Assembly (NCBI GenBank): GCA_019057635.1
Contig: DXJL01000104.1
Coordinates: forward strand, 43,512 to 107,511
Direction of reading: 5' to 3'
Length of the DNA stretch: 64,000 bases
DNA from: Candidatus Heimdallarchaeota archaeon
GTDB taxonomy: Archaea; Asgardarchaeota; Heimdallarchaeia; Hodarchaeales; Hodarchaeaceae
The translations under genes and the position numbers were made by a program. Under the pieces are notes generated by a model. That model saw only the letters and a list, made by a program, of their open reading frames with translations. It was not told the DNA's origin and searched no databases. Positions 51,403 to 60,720 of this stretch are shown here, one piece after another. Numbering within the stretch: the first letter of the stretch is position 1; each line of letters starts with the position of its first letter.

Positions 51403-52290
51403 ATGACAAACTCAAATGATCAATTAAAATTATATTATGATCAACAGAGAGAGTTAATTGATCAAATAAAGACTATGAGAAAAGAGCTAGATCAAGAACA
51501 AAAATTAACAACTCGCTATAGGAAACAACGTGATCGATATAAAGCAGAGCGACAGTCATTACTACAAAAAACGACACCTGATGTAGAGGGAAGAGACTCT
51601 AAGAAAGACTTATTAGAGGGATTAAAGAAACGACGTGATTTTCTGAGACGTCAAGCCCAACGAAAAGAAGGGGCTCCATTCAAACTACTTACAAACATTG
51701 AGCTTGAAAAGCTAACAATTGTTGAGCTTAAATTCCATCTTTATGAACTTGAATTTAAACAACAAACAAGTTCTCTCGACAGAGAGGAGGAAGGATTGCT
51801 AATTGACGAAATAAGACGAATTGAAGAAAGAGTTGTTCTTTTGGAAAAACGTAATGAAGCTATCGTAGCAAATTACTTAGGAGATATACCTAAATCCAAA
51901 GAGAGAATTCAAGAAGAAATTTCAAGCATCGAACAGAAAATCTCCGAAGAAGAAAATCTTCGGAAAGATGTTCAGACTAAAATTCAGAAATTATATACGA
52001 GGATTGGTCCATTAAAAGAAGAAGAGGATAAAGCTCATCAAGAATTCGTTGATCATCTTCAACGTGTAGAAGAGTTAAAAGAAGTAGTCCAAGCGAAGCA
52101 AGAAGAACTGGATTCATTGAAAGCGAAGATATCGCAAGTTAAGAAAAAATTGAAGATTGAATCGCAACAAGAGACTTTTGGAAAGATAGAAGAAAGAATC
52201 CAGGGGTTATTAAAGAAAAGGGATGGAGATCAGGTACTTTCACCAGAAGAACAGGAATTTCTAATGAGCTACGGTCATGTTCCATTCTAA
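51403..52290 (+). CDS. Archaeal coiled-coil protein (COG1340-like)
   Basis: LEFKQQTSSLDREEE..LIDEI and C-terminal LSPEE motifs within a coiled coil. Confidence 0.7.
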   Translation: MTNSNDQLKLYYDQQRELIDQIKTMRKELDQEQKLTTRYRKQRDRYKAERQSLLQKTTPDVEGRDSKKDLLEGLKKRRDFLRRQAQRKEGAPFKLLTNIELEKLTIVELKFHLYELEFKQQTSSLDREEEGLLIDEIRRIEERVVLLEKRNEAIVANYLGDIPKSKERIQEEISSIEQKISEEENLRKDVQTKIQKLYTRIGPLKEEEDKAHQEFVDHLQRVEELKEVVQAKQEELDSLKAKISQVKKKLKIESQQETFGKIEERIQGLLKKRDGDQVLSPEEQEFLMSYGHVPF

Positions 52291-52466
52291 TATTCAAATA
52301 TTTGTAATCAATTGATTGATTAGTATTCGATTAGAGCTATTTTCAGTAACACTTCAATCTAATGATGCCAGAAGACCATAAGAAATTTAAAACAATTCCA
52401 ACTTATTGATACACTCTTGAAAACGAGCTACTCACGTTACAAATAAAAAAACGAGACTCTTTGCGA

Positions 52467-52482
52467 CACCTTAAAAAAGGTG
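52467..52482. promoter_or_regulatory. Palindrome CACCTT-N4-AAGGTG, candidate operator
   Basis: Perfect 6-bp arms about 80 nt upstream of the Fe-S oxidoreductase gene. Confidence 0.3.
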
Positions 52483-52563
52483 AATTCAGATTGTATAACC
52501 TGAATTAACACATTATTATCTTAAAGACTTTAGGAAACTTCCTATGATTAGGATTCTACGAAA

Positions 52564-53736
52564 GTGAACCTAAAAAGCTTACAATATTATGATGAACTAT
52601 ATATTTGTGCTTATTGTGCATATTGTGTCAATAACCAAGCTTCATGCCCGACTTATCACTCTGTACTTCACGAAATTGTCACAGGTAGAGGGAAAATAAT
52701 AACCGCTCGGAATCTCGCAGAAGGGTTACTTGATTCAGAGGAAGGGTTAGATGCATTGAGAGATGGGTTATTCCAATGTACTTTTTGTGGTGCATGTGAA
52801 GAGAATTGTATAGTAGATATTCCTCTAACAAAGGTCTATTCTGAACTAAAAACTCTAGTTCAAGATAGATTACCCAAAGACACTTATAAACTGTTTGAAA
52901 AATTGGATAAGGAACATAATATTTATGGATTAGATCAAGAAGACAGAGAAAGTTGGAGCTTTGAGATTGAAGAGCAGTATAATGAATGGGTAAATCTTTC
53001 TCACGAAACTGGTTTTTTCCTTGGATGTGTTTATTCATATTCAGGAAGAGCCGAACGTGGTCCAGTAGCAGTTTTAAAACTCGCAAAGATGGCAAATGAA
53101 AAAATAAGTGTATTTTCCCCAAGTGAATACTGTTGTGGAAACCCCTTCTTATTAGGAGGGCAAAAAGATAAAGCCAAGGAATTTGCGGAACATAATGTAT
53201 CAGAAATTGACAAATTGGGAATTAAGAACCTAATTATCTCTTGTGCAGGGTGTTATCGAGTTTTCACAATAGAGTATCCTCAATTATTGGGAAAGGAGCT
53301 TCCTTTCAAAGTTATCTCTCATATGGAATACCTATTATCATTAATACAGGAGAAAAAATTAATCGTGTCAAATGACTCTCCTCTCAAGGTTACTTACAAA
53401 GACCCATGTGAGTTAGGACGCCATTGTGGAGTATATGATGTTGCTCGGGATTTATTGGCAATTCTACCTGGAGTTGACAATCGGGAAATGTCTAGTCACA
53501 AAGAAAAAGCTCTTTGTTGCGGATCTGGTGGTTTAATCAAAACTAATCATCCTACAATTGCAAATGAGATAGCAGTTCGATTAATTTCACAAATGGAAGA
53601 GCAAAATGTTGATCTCTGCGTTAATGCTTGTCCCTCTTGCCTTTTAAATATTGATGAAAACTTAAGATTGGAAGCATCGAAGATCAAATCCTTAGATATA
53701 GCAGAACTGGTATTGAATCGGACGAAAGATTCATGA
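52564..53736 (+). CDS. HdrD/GlpC-like Fe-S oxidoreductase (CCG domains)
   Basis: CAYCAYC...CP, CTFCGACEENC, two CCG motifs, DPCELGR, ACPSC. Confidence 0.9.
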   Translation: MNLKSLQYYDELYICAYCAYCVNNQASCPTYHSVLHEIVTGRGKIITARNLAEGLLDSEEGLDALRDGLFQCTFCGACEENCIVDIPLTKVYSELKTLVQDRLPKDTYKLFEKLDKEHNIYGLDQEDRESWSFEIEEQYNEWVNLSHETGFFLGCVYSYSGRAERGPVAVLKLAKMANEKISVFSPSEYCCGNPFLLGGQKDKAKEFAEHNVSEIDKLGIKNLIISCAGCYRVFTIEYPQLLGKELPFKVISHMEYLLSLIQEKKLIVSNDSPLKVTYKDPCELGRHCGVYDVARDLLAILPGVDNREMSSHKEKALCCGSGGLIKTNHPTIANEIAVRLISQMEEQNVDLCVNACPSCLLNIDENLRLEASKIKSLDIAELVLNRTKDS

Positions 53737-54566
53737 GCCTCTCAGAAGAGCTAAAAATTGTTGCTTTGCAACCAACAATAGCACTCCATAATCTAGAAAA
53801 AAATATTGAAGAATATCGATTATTTTTTCAAGAAAAATTAGATAAGATGAACCAAGTTGATGTCATATGTTTTCCTGAGTACTGGAACGGTTTACGGATA
53901 AATAGTACATCCGAAACGGCCTTTTCTGATTCTGTACAATATTTAAAATCTATTGCACATACGTACTCTACATGGATTGTTGGAGGAAGCCAAATTGTAA
54001 ACGAAAAAAATCAATTCTATAATCGATCATTGATCATTAATCAAAGGGGAGAGATCATTGGAAAATATGATAAACAACGGCTTTTTGGGTACGAGTTAAC
54101 TCAAGAAATCAGCCCTGGAAAATCACTTTTCACATGGAATATAGGAAATTTTCGGGCAGGAGTTCGTATATGTAATGATCTTTGGAACCTAGACTTAGCA
54201 CAAGAACAAATTACGAAAGAAATCGATGTATTATTCGTACCTGCTTTAACAGTGGTTCCTGAAGAATCGTTAACAAATTATGGACAGTATATATGGCATA
54301 ATTTAGCTTTTATAAGAGCAAAAGAAGGAGCAATGGCTGTAGTAGTTAGTGATACAGCCAAATCCATTCTTTCAGATCCATATTGGAGTACAGGCGCATC
54401 TTGTATCGCAGATCCATCCCAGAATTTTACCAATCAGGAACCATATGGTAAGAATATGTTAAAGAAAATAGATTCAGGAGGTCGAGGGGTTCTCACAAAA
54501 ACAATAAACTTGCAGCAACTGAGAGCGCAAAGAAGATATCGAAAAACAGTTGGCCTTTTGGTTTAA
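53733..54566 (+). CDS. Carbon-nitrogen hydrolase (nitrilase superfamily)
   Basis: Catalytic E-K-C: FPEYW, YDKQRLF, RICNDL. Confidence 0.9.
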   Translation: MSLSEELKIVALQPTIALHNLEKNIEEYRLFFQEKLDKMNQVDVICFPEYWNGLRINSTSETAFSDSVQYLKSIAHTYSTWIVGGSQIVNEKNQFYNRSLIINQRGEIIGKYDKQRLFGYELTQEISPGKSLFTWNIGNFRAGVRICNDLWNLDLAQEQITKEIDVLFVPALTVVPEESLTNYGQYIWHNLAFIRAKEGAMAVVVSDTAKSILSDPYWSTGASCIADPSQNFTNQEPYGKNMLKKIDSGGRGVLTKTINLQQLRAQRRYRKTVGLLV

Positions 54567-54609
54567 ACCTTCAATATGCTAAGAAAAAAGGAAAGGAGGG
54601 AGAAAATAT

Positions 54610-56388
54610 TCACACGGTGAATGTAGATAACCCTGTTGCAATCAACGCGAGACCGATAATTATCATTATCCACATGAAAACCCAGTTTGCGCCAGACCAT
54701 CGATTGTGGAATGTTTTCCCTTCTTCAGTTACTATCTTCCAAACTTGTAAGACGGGTTGGGGAGAGCGATGATACCATCCATACGCTTTAACTTTCATTC
54801 CACGAAGACCTGGTGCACGGAATAAGGCGAAAAAGAAAGACATGAAGCCCAAAATAGGACTATAGTTTAGAGTAATTATTCCTGTTTCATCCTGAATAAC
54901 CAGATCTTCGCTTAAGAAATATCCAGGTGTTCCTCTTCCAACGACTTTCCCCACAAAAACTGCACCTTTCCCACGAAGGGGAGACACCTCGTAATAGCTA
55001 TTTTTCGTTTGATCAGTTAAACAATGTGTTATAGTAACAACCGGATCAGAAAGTCTTAATTTCGGATATTTTTCCCAGCGCCGTAGCTTCCAGACTAACG
55101 CAGCCAGTAAAATACCAGTTCCTATACCAATGTTAATATTGATACCTACGTAAGTAGCGAAGATAGCAGAAAGTACGGGTAGAATGATAAATAAGAGAGG
55201 AGCAAAGTACAAAAGAACCAAGTCAATAAGAAATTCATCCCATAAGCTTTCAGGGAGCTTTACTTTTCCCATTTGAGGAAATTCAGGTTCTACGCCACGT
55301 TCTTCTTGCATTGCATTTAATGCGAGAATTCGTTTTGCAGGTAGAGGATGAGTTGACGAAAGTTCTAAAAAACGTCCCCATGGATTAGAAAGATCCCATT
55401 GGGCTGCTTTAGCCACACTTTCATTGTCAAGGCTTAAACCTCGACCGTAAGAAGAAAGTGCTAAATTTTTCGCACTAGCGACATCAAATACTCCTAATGA
55501 ACGCATACCAGTTGTAAAGGCAGATTTTTTTGATGCTTGTCTGCGAACAGTTGGAGAGGCGTTTTCATCACTTATTTTTTCAGCGTTAATTGCATCCTCC
55601 TTAACCATACCATATGCGATCTTTACCAAAGCTCGAGAAAGGGCCCCTGGTTGGCCAGTGGCTTCTGCAGAAAAACTATCGGCATAATACTCTCGAACAC
55701 GGGATAGAAACAGAACTATATATTGAGAAATCCAATATGCAATAAAGGCCCCAACAGCAGCTACCATTGCTGCAGCTCCAACTTTTTCCGCACCCTCACT
55801 TCTACCACCGCTTCTTGAAGTAACTCGTGCGTAAATCCATAATCCTTGATAGAAGGAGTATAATACTAAAGGAATAGCAGCGGCAACTGTCATCCAAATA
55901 AAATCACGATGTACTATGTGTCCAGATTCATGTGCAACTACCGCTAACTGTTCGTCTTCCGTTAAGTAATTGAGAATTCCTTCCGTAATAGCCATACGAG
56001 CACGTTTTTTGGTGTGTCCGTATGTGAATGCATTCGGATTATTATCGTGAATGATTGCCACCCATTTGAGAGAAAAGTTATGTAACTCCATTTGCTGATG
56101 GAGGAAGCTCCGAATGTGTGGAGGAAGCTCATCAACCTGATATTTCGTAGCATCATAAACCCAACCAATAATAAAGTCCATAAGCCATGGAGATATAAGA
56201 AATTGAATTCCTACCATTAAAAATGCGAATAGAACTGGTATTACGATTGCTAGATATTCAGATCCAGGAGGTATTACACCAGGCAGTGCTAATGAGATTA
56301 CTGTTATTAGAACCATCCCTACTACGAATACAAACCCCCAAAGAACTGTCATTACTGCTAAAGAACGTATGTACAAATTTTTTGGCAT
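54610..56388 (-). CDS. htpX: HtpX-like M48 zinc protease with C-terminal membrane extension
   Basis: PNAFTYG, HESGH, SRVREYYAD, STHP; about 230 extra C-terminal residues. Confidence 0.85.
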   Translation of the reverse strand: MPKNLYIRSLAVMTVLWGFVFVVGMVLITVISLALPGVIPPGSEYLAIVIPVLFAFLMVGIQFLISPWLMDFIIGWVYDATKYQVDELPPHIRSFLHQQMELHNFSLKWVAIIHDNNPNAFTYGHTKKRARMAITEGILNYLTEDEQLAVVAHESGHIVHRDFIWMTVAAAIPLVLYSFYQGLWIYARVTSRSGGRSEGAEKVGAAAMVAAVGAFIAYWISQYIVLFLSRVREYYADSFSAEATGQPGALSRALVKIAYGMVKEDAINAEKISDENASPTVRRQASKKSAFTTGMRSLGVFDVASAKNLALSSYGRGLSLDNESVAKAAQWDLSNPWGRFLELSSTHPLPAKRILALNAMQEERGVEPEFPQMGKVKLPESLWDEFLIDLVLLYFAPLLFIILPVLSAIFATYVGININIGIGTGILLAALVWKLRRWEKYPKLRLSDPVVTITHCLTDQTKNSYYEVSPLRGKGAVFVGKVVGRGTPGYFLSEDLVIQDETGIITLNYSPILGFMSFFFALFRAPGLRGMKVKAYGWYHRSPQPVLQVWKIVTEEGKTFHNRWSGANWVFMWIMIIIGLALIATGLSTFTV

Positions 56389-56549
56389 ATTTATTCAACA
56401 AATTACCGTTGTTTTGCTCAAAGAAAGTCAAAGCTACATTAATGGTAAAAACTTTTGGATTGAAGAATTAGCCTAAATTCTTGCGAAATATTGATTTCTT
56501 TAACAAAATGTTACCTCCCTCTACTTTTACATTCAATGTGCAGTACTAT

Positions 56550-57857
56550 TCATTTCTTAAGTTTTATTTCCTTAGCTCTAACCTGCAAAATCGCATTAAG
56601 TTCTCCTTCATTGATTGATATGTACTTAATACATCTAAACCAACATAATGCAGCAATTAAATAAAAAACTAGGCTTATACTGAACACAGAGTAATAATTA
56701 AGGAAAAGAAGAAAGAATGTAGAAACAAATACACCAAGAGCAGCTCCTAAATGGTCAGTAAGTGAATATAAAGCACCTAGTGTACCACGAAATTCAGGTA
56801 AGGAGATATTGAATAATAAAGAGGTACGATTTGGACCAGATGCGGCTCCAACAAAACTTCCAATCCAAAATAAAAAACCAAAAACAACTTGATTGAATGC
56901 TGATGAATTTAAGATACAGAAAGCTCCAAAGAAGAACAGCGCCTGACTTGCCATCCCCAATCCTGCAATCTTCGCCCTTATTGCGGAATTAGAAGATCTA
57001 GCTGATAGAATATCCCCTAATTTTCCGAAAACTAAATACCCAGGTGCCCTACCACTAGCTACTATAATAGAGATAATACTCGCCTGTTCAATGGAGATCG
57101 CCATTCCTTCAGAAGATGCCAAAAAACTGACCAACCAATAAGTAAAAACGGTGCCAGGAATTAAAGCGAAGATTCCTTGAGCTAATAACCAAAATAAACT
57201 TCTTGTTTGAAATGCTTGGGGGACTATTCCAAAGTTTATGCGCCAAGGATATTGGTATTCTGCGATATCAGAAAATGCTGGTTCCTTCACTCCCCGAATT
57301 GGTATTTTCACTAAAAATTGCCAACAAAATAAGATTAATCCAATTAAAGCTAGTACTCCGAATGAATAATACCAATTTGCAGTAAAAAACGCACCTAATA
57401 TTATTCCCACAGCACTAGAACCAACCCATGCAAGATTTAATCCTGCAGAAATAATTCCACGATCTTCATACTGAGCAAAATCGGCAATAATAGAGTAAGA
57501 AAGTGGAGAAAATGCTGCCAAACCAACAGCCATCGTCAACCTCCCAATAAAATAAATTGCCAATGAATTAGGGAAGAAAAATATGACAGCAGCGGGTATC
57601 AACCAGATAACATTTGCTATTAATAATAATGAACGTCGGTCATATTTATCTACTAAATATCCCCAAATGACTAAAGCGATCATTGAAAAAACTATGAAAA
57701 ATGCTTCAACAATTCCAATTAGTGGAAAATCATATTGTTGCCCAATAATCTCTAGATTTGGTATAGGTAAAGTCACACCTACGCCATTAAGTAGAATTAA
57801 ACTAAATAAAAAAATCAAAGAAGTAAGAGAATTCCGTTTAATGAAGTCAGCAATCAT
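56550..57857 (-). CDS. MFS transporter
   Basis: About 12 TMs, motif A WGYLVDKYDRR, PEFRGT. Confidence 0.9.
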   Translation of the reverse strand: MIADFIKRNSLTSLIFLFSLILLNGVGVTLPIPNLEIIGQQYDFPLIGIVEAFFIVFSMIALVIWGYLVDKYDRRSLLLIANVIWLIPAAVIFFFPNSLAIYFIGRLTMAVGLAAFSPLSYSIIADFAQYEDRGIISAGLNLAWVGSSAVGIILGAFFTANWYYSFGVLALIGLILFCWQFLVKIPIRGVKEPAFSDIAEYQYPWRINFGIVPQAFQTRSLFWLLAQGIFALIPGTVFTYWLVSFLASSEGMAISIEQASIISIIVASGRAPGYLVFGKLGDILSARSSNSAIRAKIAGLGMASQALFFFGAFCILNSSAFNQVVFGFLFWIGSFVGAASGPNRTSLLFNISLPEFRGTLGALYSLTDHLGAALGVFVSTFFLLFLNYYSVFSISLVFYLIAALCWFRCIKYISINEGELNAILQVRAKEIKLKK

Positions 57858-57891
57858 TCCAAGAACCTTAATTTCACTTCGAAATTAGCTT

Positions 57892-59361
57892 TTAAATCCC
57901 AAAAAGTGCGCCTAATCCAATTCCAATAAACGAAAGGGCGGCCCCTACGTACCCTAGAGCTTTGGCACCCATCGTTTTCACGTAAAACTTCAAATCTCTT
58001 TGGACCGAAACCACAATAGAACGTCCAGAAATTATTCCTTCTTGGTCTTCAACTGATATATTCAAAACATGAGTTCCAAAACGATTCGGTCTGAATTGTA
58101 GATTCACTGCATCACCTACTTGTAAAATGCTGCTTACTAATCTTAAAACATCCATTGACTCGGTTGATGAAGAAATTTTTAATGATTGTCCATGTTCAGG
58201 GAGTTTGATTGAGCTCGAGTCTAATGAAAGTGTCTGTGATGCATCATCCGGATCAAGACTACTCATTGAGGTTTGAACCTGTAATCTGACCTTTTTCTTA
58301 TTTTCATAGAGGTTGAGGACAAATACTGTTACTCTGAAAGGATCTATGTTCCCTATATGCGTGCTAGGATGAACAATAGTGATGTAATTGTTTTTATTAC
58401 GTAAGATGTGAATATTCTCAGTGACAAGTACAAATATTCTTTGAACTAGTTTAAATATTTCTGGAATTTCCCTTCTTACATCTCGAATAATCGTAAAAAT
58501 TGTTTTAAGTGATATTTTTGACTTCTTACCCATAATGAAATCGGGCATAAACCTTTCCAGGATAATTTCCTTCATTTCAGAATTAAAAATATCCTCAGAA
58601 ACAAGTTCTGGAAGATATTGCTTAAGGTAGACTAGTAGAAATATTTTCTCACGTGCTTGTTCAAGTCGATTGTGATCATTATGTTGACTAGCAAATTCGG
58701 GGTTCATCGCCTCAGAAATAGTATTTGACCACTCATCCATCTGCATACGTGTTATAGGATCTAATCTAGGAATTATAGAGTCAGTTAAGATGTTGTCCAA
58801 TTTCAATGTTAAGCTCCGAGGCGAATAATACTTCATTAATCCTCCAGGTTGTATTGCTGACTTATTTGGTAAACGTAATAATATTGATGCTCCGCTAGAT
58901 ATCGCTAATAACCCAATACTTGCTACAAAGATGAAAAATCTTGCGAAAATCGCTAAATTCTCATCTGGGTTTAGTAATAATGCAGAAATAAACACAAGAT
59001 AAGAAATAAGAACACTGACTGTAATTGAATAGGAAGCTCTGTACAAAAGCTTGATTTTATTCTGAACTTCATCAAATCCTTCCACACCTTTTATGAGTAA
59101 TCCTGTATTGATTATTCGTTTTATTTCATCATTAAAAGCCCTTTCCATTAGGAATCCATTAAGTGAGAAAGGAATGGCGATGAGTATCAACACTATATAC
59201 AATATTGACGTTAATAGATGCAATTCTCCATACAAATCAGTATCCGTTGAAGGAGAAAAAGCCAACAACATTAATGAAATTGATAAAACAATAGGTATGA
59301 GACTTAAAAACCATATTCCTATTTTTCTACAATAAGTATTGAGTAATGAAGTGAGATCCAT
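57892..59361 (-). CDS. Hypothetical membrane protein (about 4 TM, helical region, Ig-like beta domain, C-terminal hydrophobic helix)
   Basis: Hydropathy pattern; beta-rich NLQFRPNRFGTHVLNISVED segment. Confidence 0.75.
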   Translation of the reverse strand: MDLTSLLNTYCRKIGIWFLSLIPIVLSISLMLLAFSPSTDTDLYGELHLLTSILYIVLILIAIPFSLNGFLMERAFNDEIKRIINTGLLIKGVEGFDEVQNKIKLLYRASYSITVSVLISYLVFISALLLNPDENLAIFARFFIFVASIGLLAISSGASILLRLPNKSAIQPGGLMKYYSPRSLTLKLDNILTDSIIPRLDPITRMQMDEWSNTISEAMNPEFASQHNDHNRLEQAREKIFLLVYLKQYLPELVSEDIFNSEMKEIILERFMPDFIMGKKSKISLKTIFTIIRDVRREIPEIFKLVQRIFVLVTENIHILRNKNNYITIVHPSTHIGNIDPFRVTVFVLNLYENKKKVRLQVQTSMSSLDPDDASQTLSLDSSSIKLPEHGQSLKISSSTESMDVLRLVSSILQVGDAVNLQFRPNRFGTHVLNISVEDQEGIISGRSIVVSVQRDLKFYVKTMGAKALGYVGAALSFIGIGLGALFGI

Positions 59362-59440
59362 GTCAATATCAACCTTTGTTAACTGTTCTACAGAATTGAG
59401 GTTTAAATAGATAACGTAAAAGAAACGTCAGACGAATTAC

Positions 59441-60652
59441 TCAATCCTCCTCAAAACTATCCATGGTGTTATTATCATATCCTTCTGACTCTTGATCCCC
59501 TTCAGTTTCATTTTCCTCAAATTTGATGTCGCTTTCCAACGATTCTGATTGAGGTTCCTCTGATGTTTCAGTAAGAGGAGTAAATTCTTGCACTTCCGAT
59601 TCAGCATTAGATTTTGTGTCTTCATCTTGAATTTCTTCAGGAATTAGATCCCCACTAGCAGTGACGAGTGTAACAGAAGTTATTCCAAATCCGACATCAA
59701 TTGAATCAATAATCCGCCTGTAGAAAGTCCCCTGGAAGAAAATATTATAGAAAATGGCAATAATTGTTACGATCAGTGAAACATTCACAACACAGAAGAT
59801 TACTAGATCGAAGATTAGTTGCAATTTTGGGAGAAGATCTTCAACAGCTGTGGCTCCCAATCCAATGATTGCACCAACAGTAATAATACCAGCAGTTAAA
59901 TTCACCACTTTTTTGCCTACGAGCCAATTCAATTTTGTGAATGAATTATAAGCCTTTAATTTAGCATCTACTAGCATCCAACCAACGGGATATACTAAGG
60001 TGAATATTAAAGGTACCAAGAAAAAAATAACTAGTGTTCTAATTAAGAAAAGCAACCAGTCACGGCCAGGATTTAGTATCGATGATGGATTTCCTCCTAA
60101 AATGATCCCTGCTATCAGTTGTAATAAAAATGCGGAGAGGGAGACCCAGGCGATGATCAAGGCAATATATTTGTTCAAAATATGGGGCATAGCAATTTTT
60201 CGTTTTTCTACAGGCACATATTCTAGATAGTGAACGTGTCCTTTTGTGAATAATAACTTCAGAATTTTATTATCAACAAGGTAGTGGGCTGCCTTAGGAG
60301 TTACTTCAATCCCCACAAGAAACCAAAGATAAATTTCTAAAAAGGCAATTCCAAAACTAATCAGAATTCCAATTACATTCGGGTAGATAGTAAACGAAAA
60401 AAGCTCAATACCACGACTCGTTCCTGTAGTAAAAAGATAAGGTCCAAGAAAGAAAAAAAGCGAAATAATCGATAACACCACGGATATTATTATCCCAGAA
60501 GGTGCAAATTTGAATTCTGGATGTCTTAACCCGTTAAACATCTCTTTCAAAGTTGTTATCATATGCTTTTGTATTTTATATCGTCTAGTTAGTTCACCTT
60601 TTTGTATACTAATCTCATCAGTCATTGGATCAAGATCTCCTTTATTAAACAT
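59441..60652 (-). CDS. Hypothetical multi-TM protein with very acidic C-terminal tail
   Basis: About 6 hydrophobic segments; the last ~65 aa are D/E/S-rich. Confidence 0.75.
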   Translation of the reverse strand: MFNKGDLDPMTDEISIQKGELTRRYKIQKHMITTLKEMFNGLRHPEFKFAPSGIIISVVLSIISLFFFLGPYLFTTGTSRGIELFSFTIYPNVIGILISFGIAFLEIYLWFLVGIEVTPKAAHYLVDNKILKLLFTKGHVHYLEYVPVEKRKIAMPHILNKYIALIIAWVSLSAFLLQLIAGIILGGNPSSILNPGRDWLLFLIRTLVIFFLVPLIFTLVYPVGWMLVDAKLKAYNSFTKLNWLVGKKVVNLTAGIITVGAIIGLGATAVEDLLPKLQLIFDLVIFCVVNVSLIVTIIAIFYNIFFQGTFYRRIIDSIDVGFGITSVTLVTASGDLIPEEIQDEDTKSNAESEVQEFTPLTETSEEPQSESLESDIKFEENETEGDQESEGYDNNTMDSFEED

Positions 60653-60720
60653 TCTTACAGTGCTCTCCGATTAATTTACGATTGTAATTACCAATTATCC
60701 TTCGTCAGAATTCATGATTA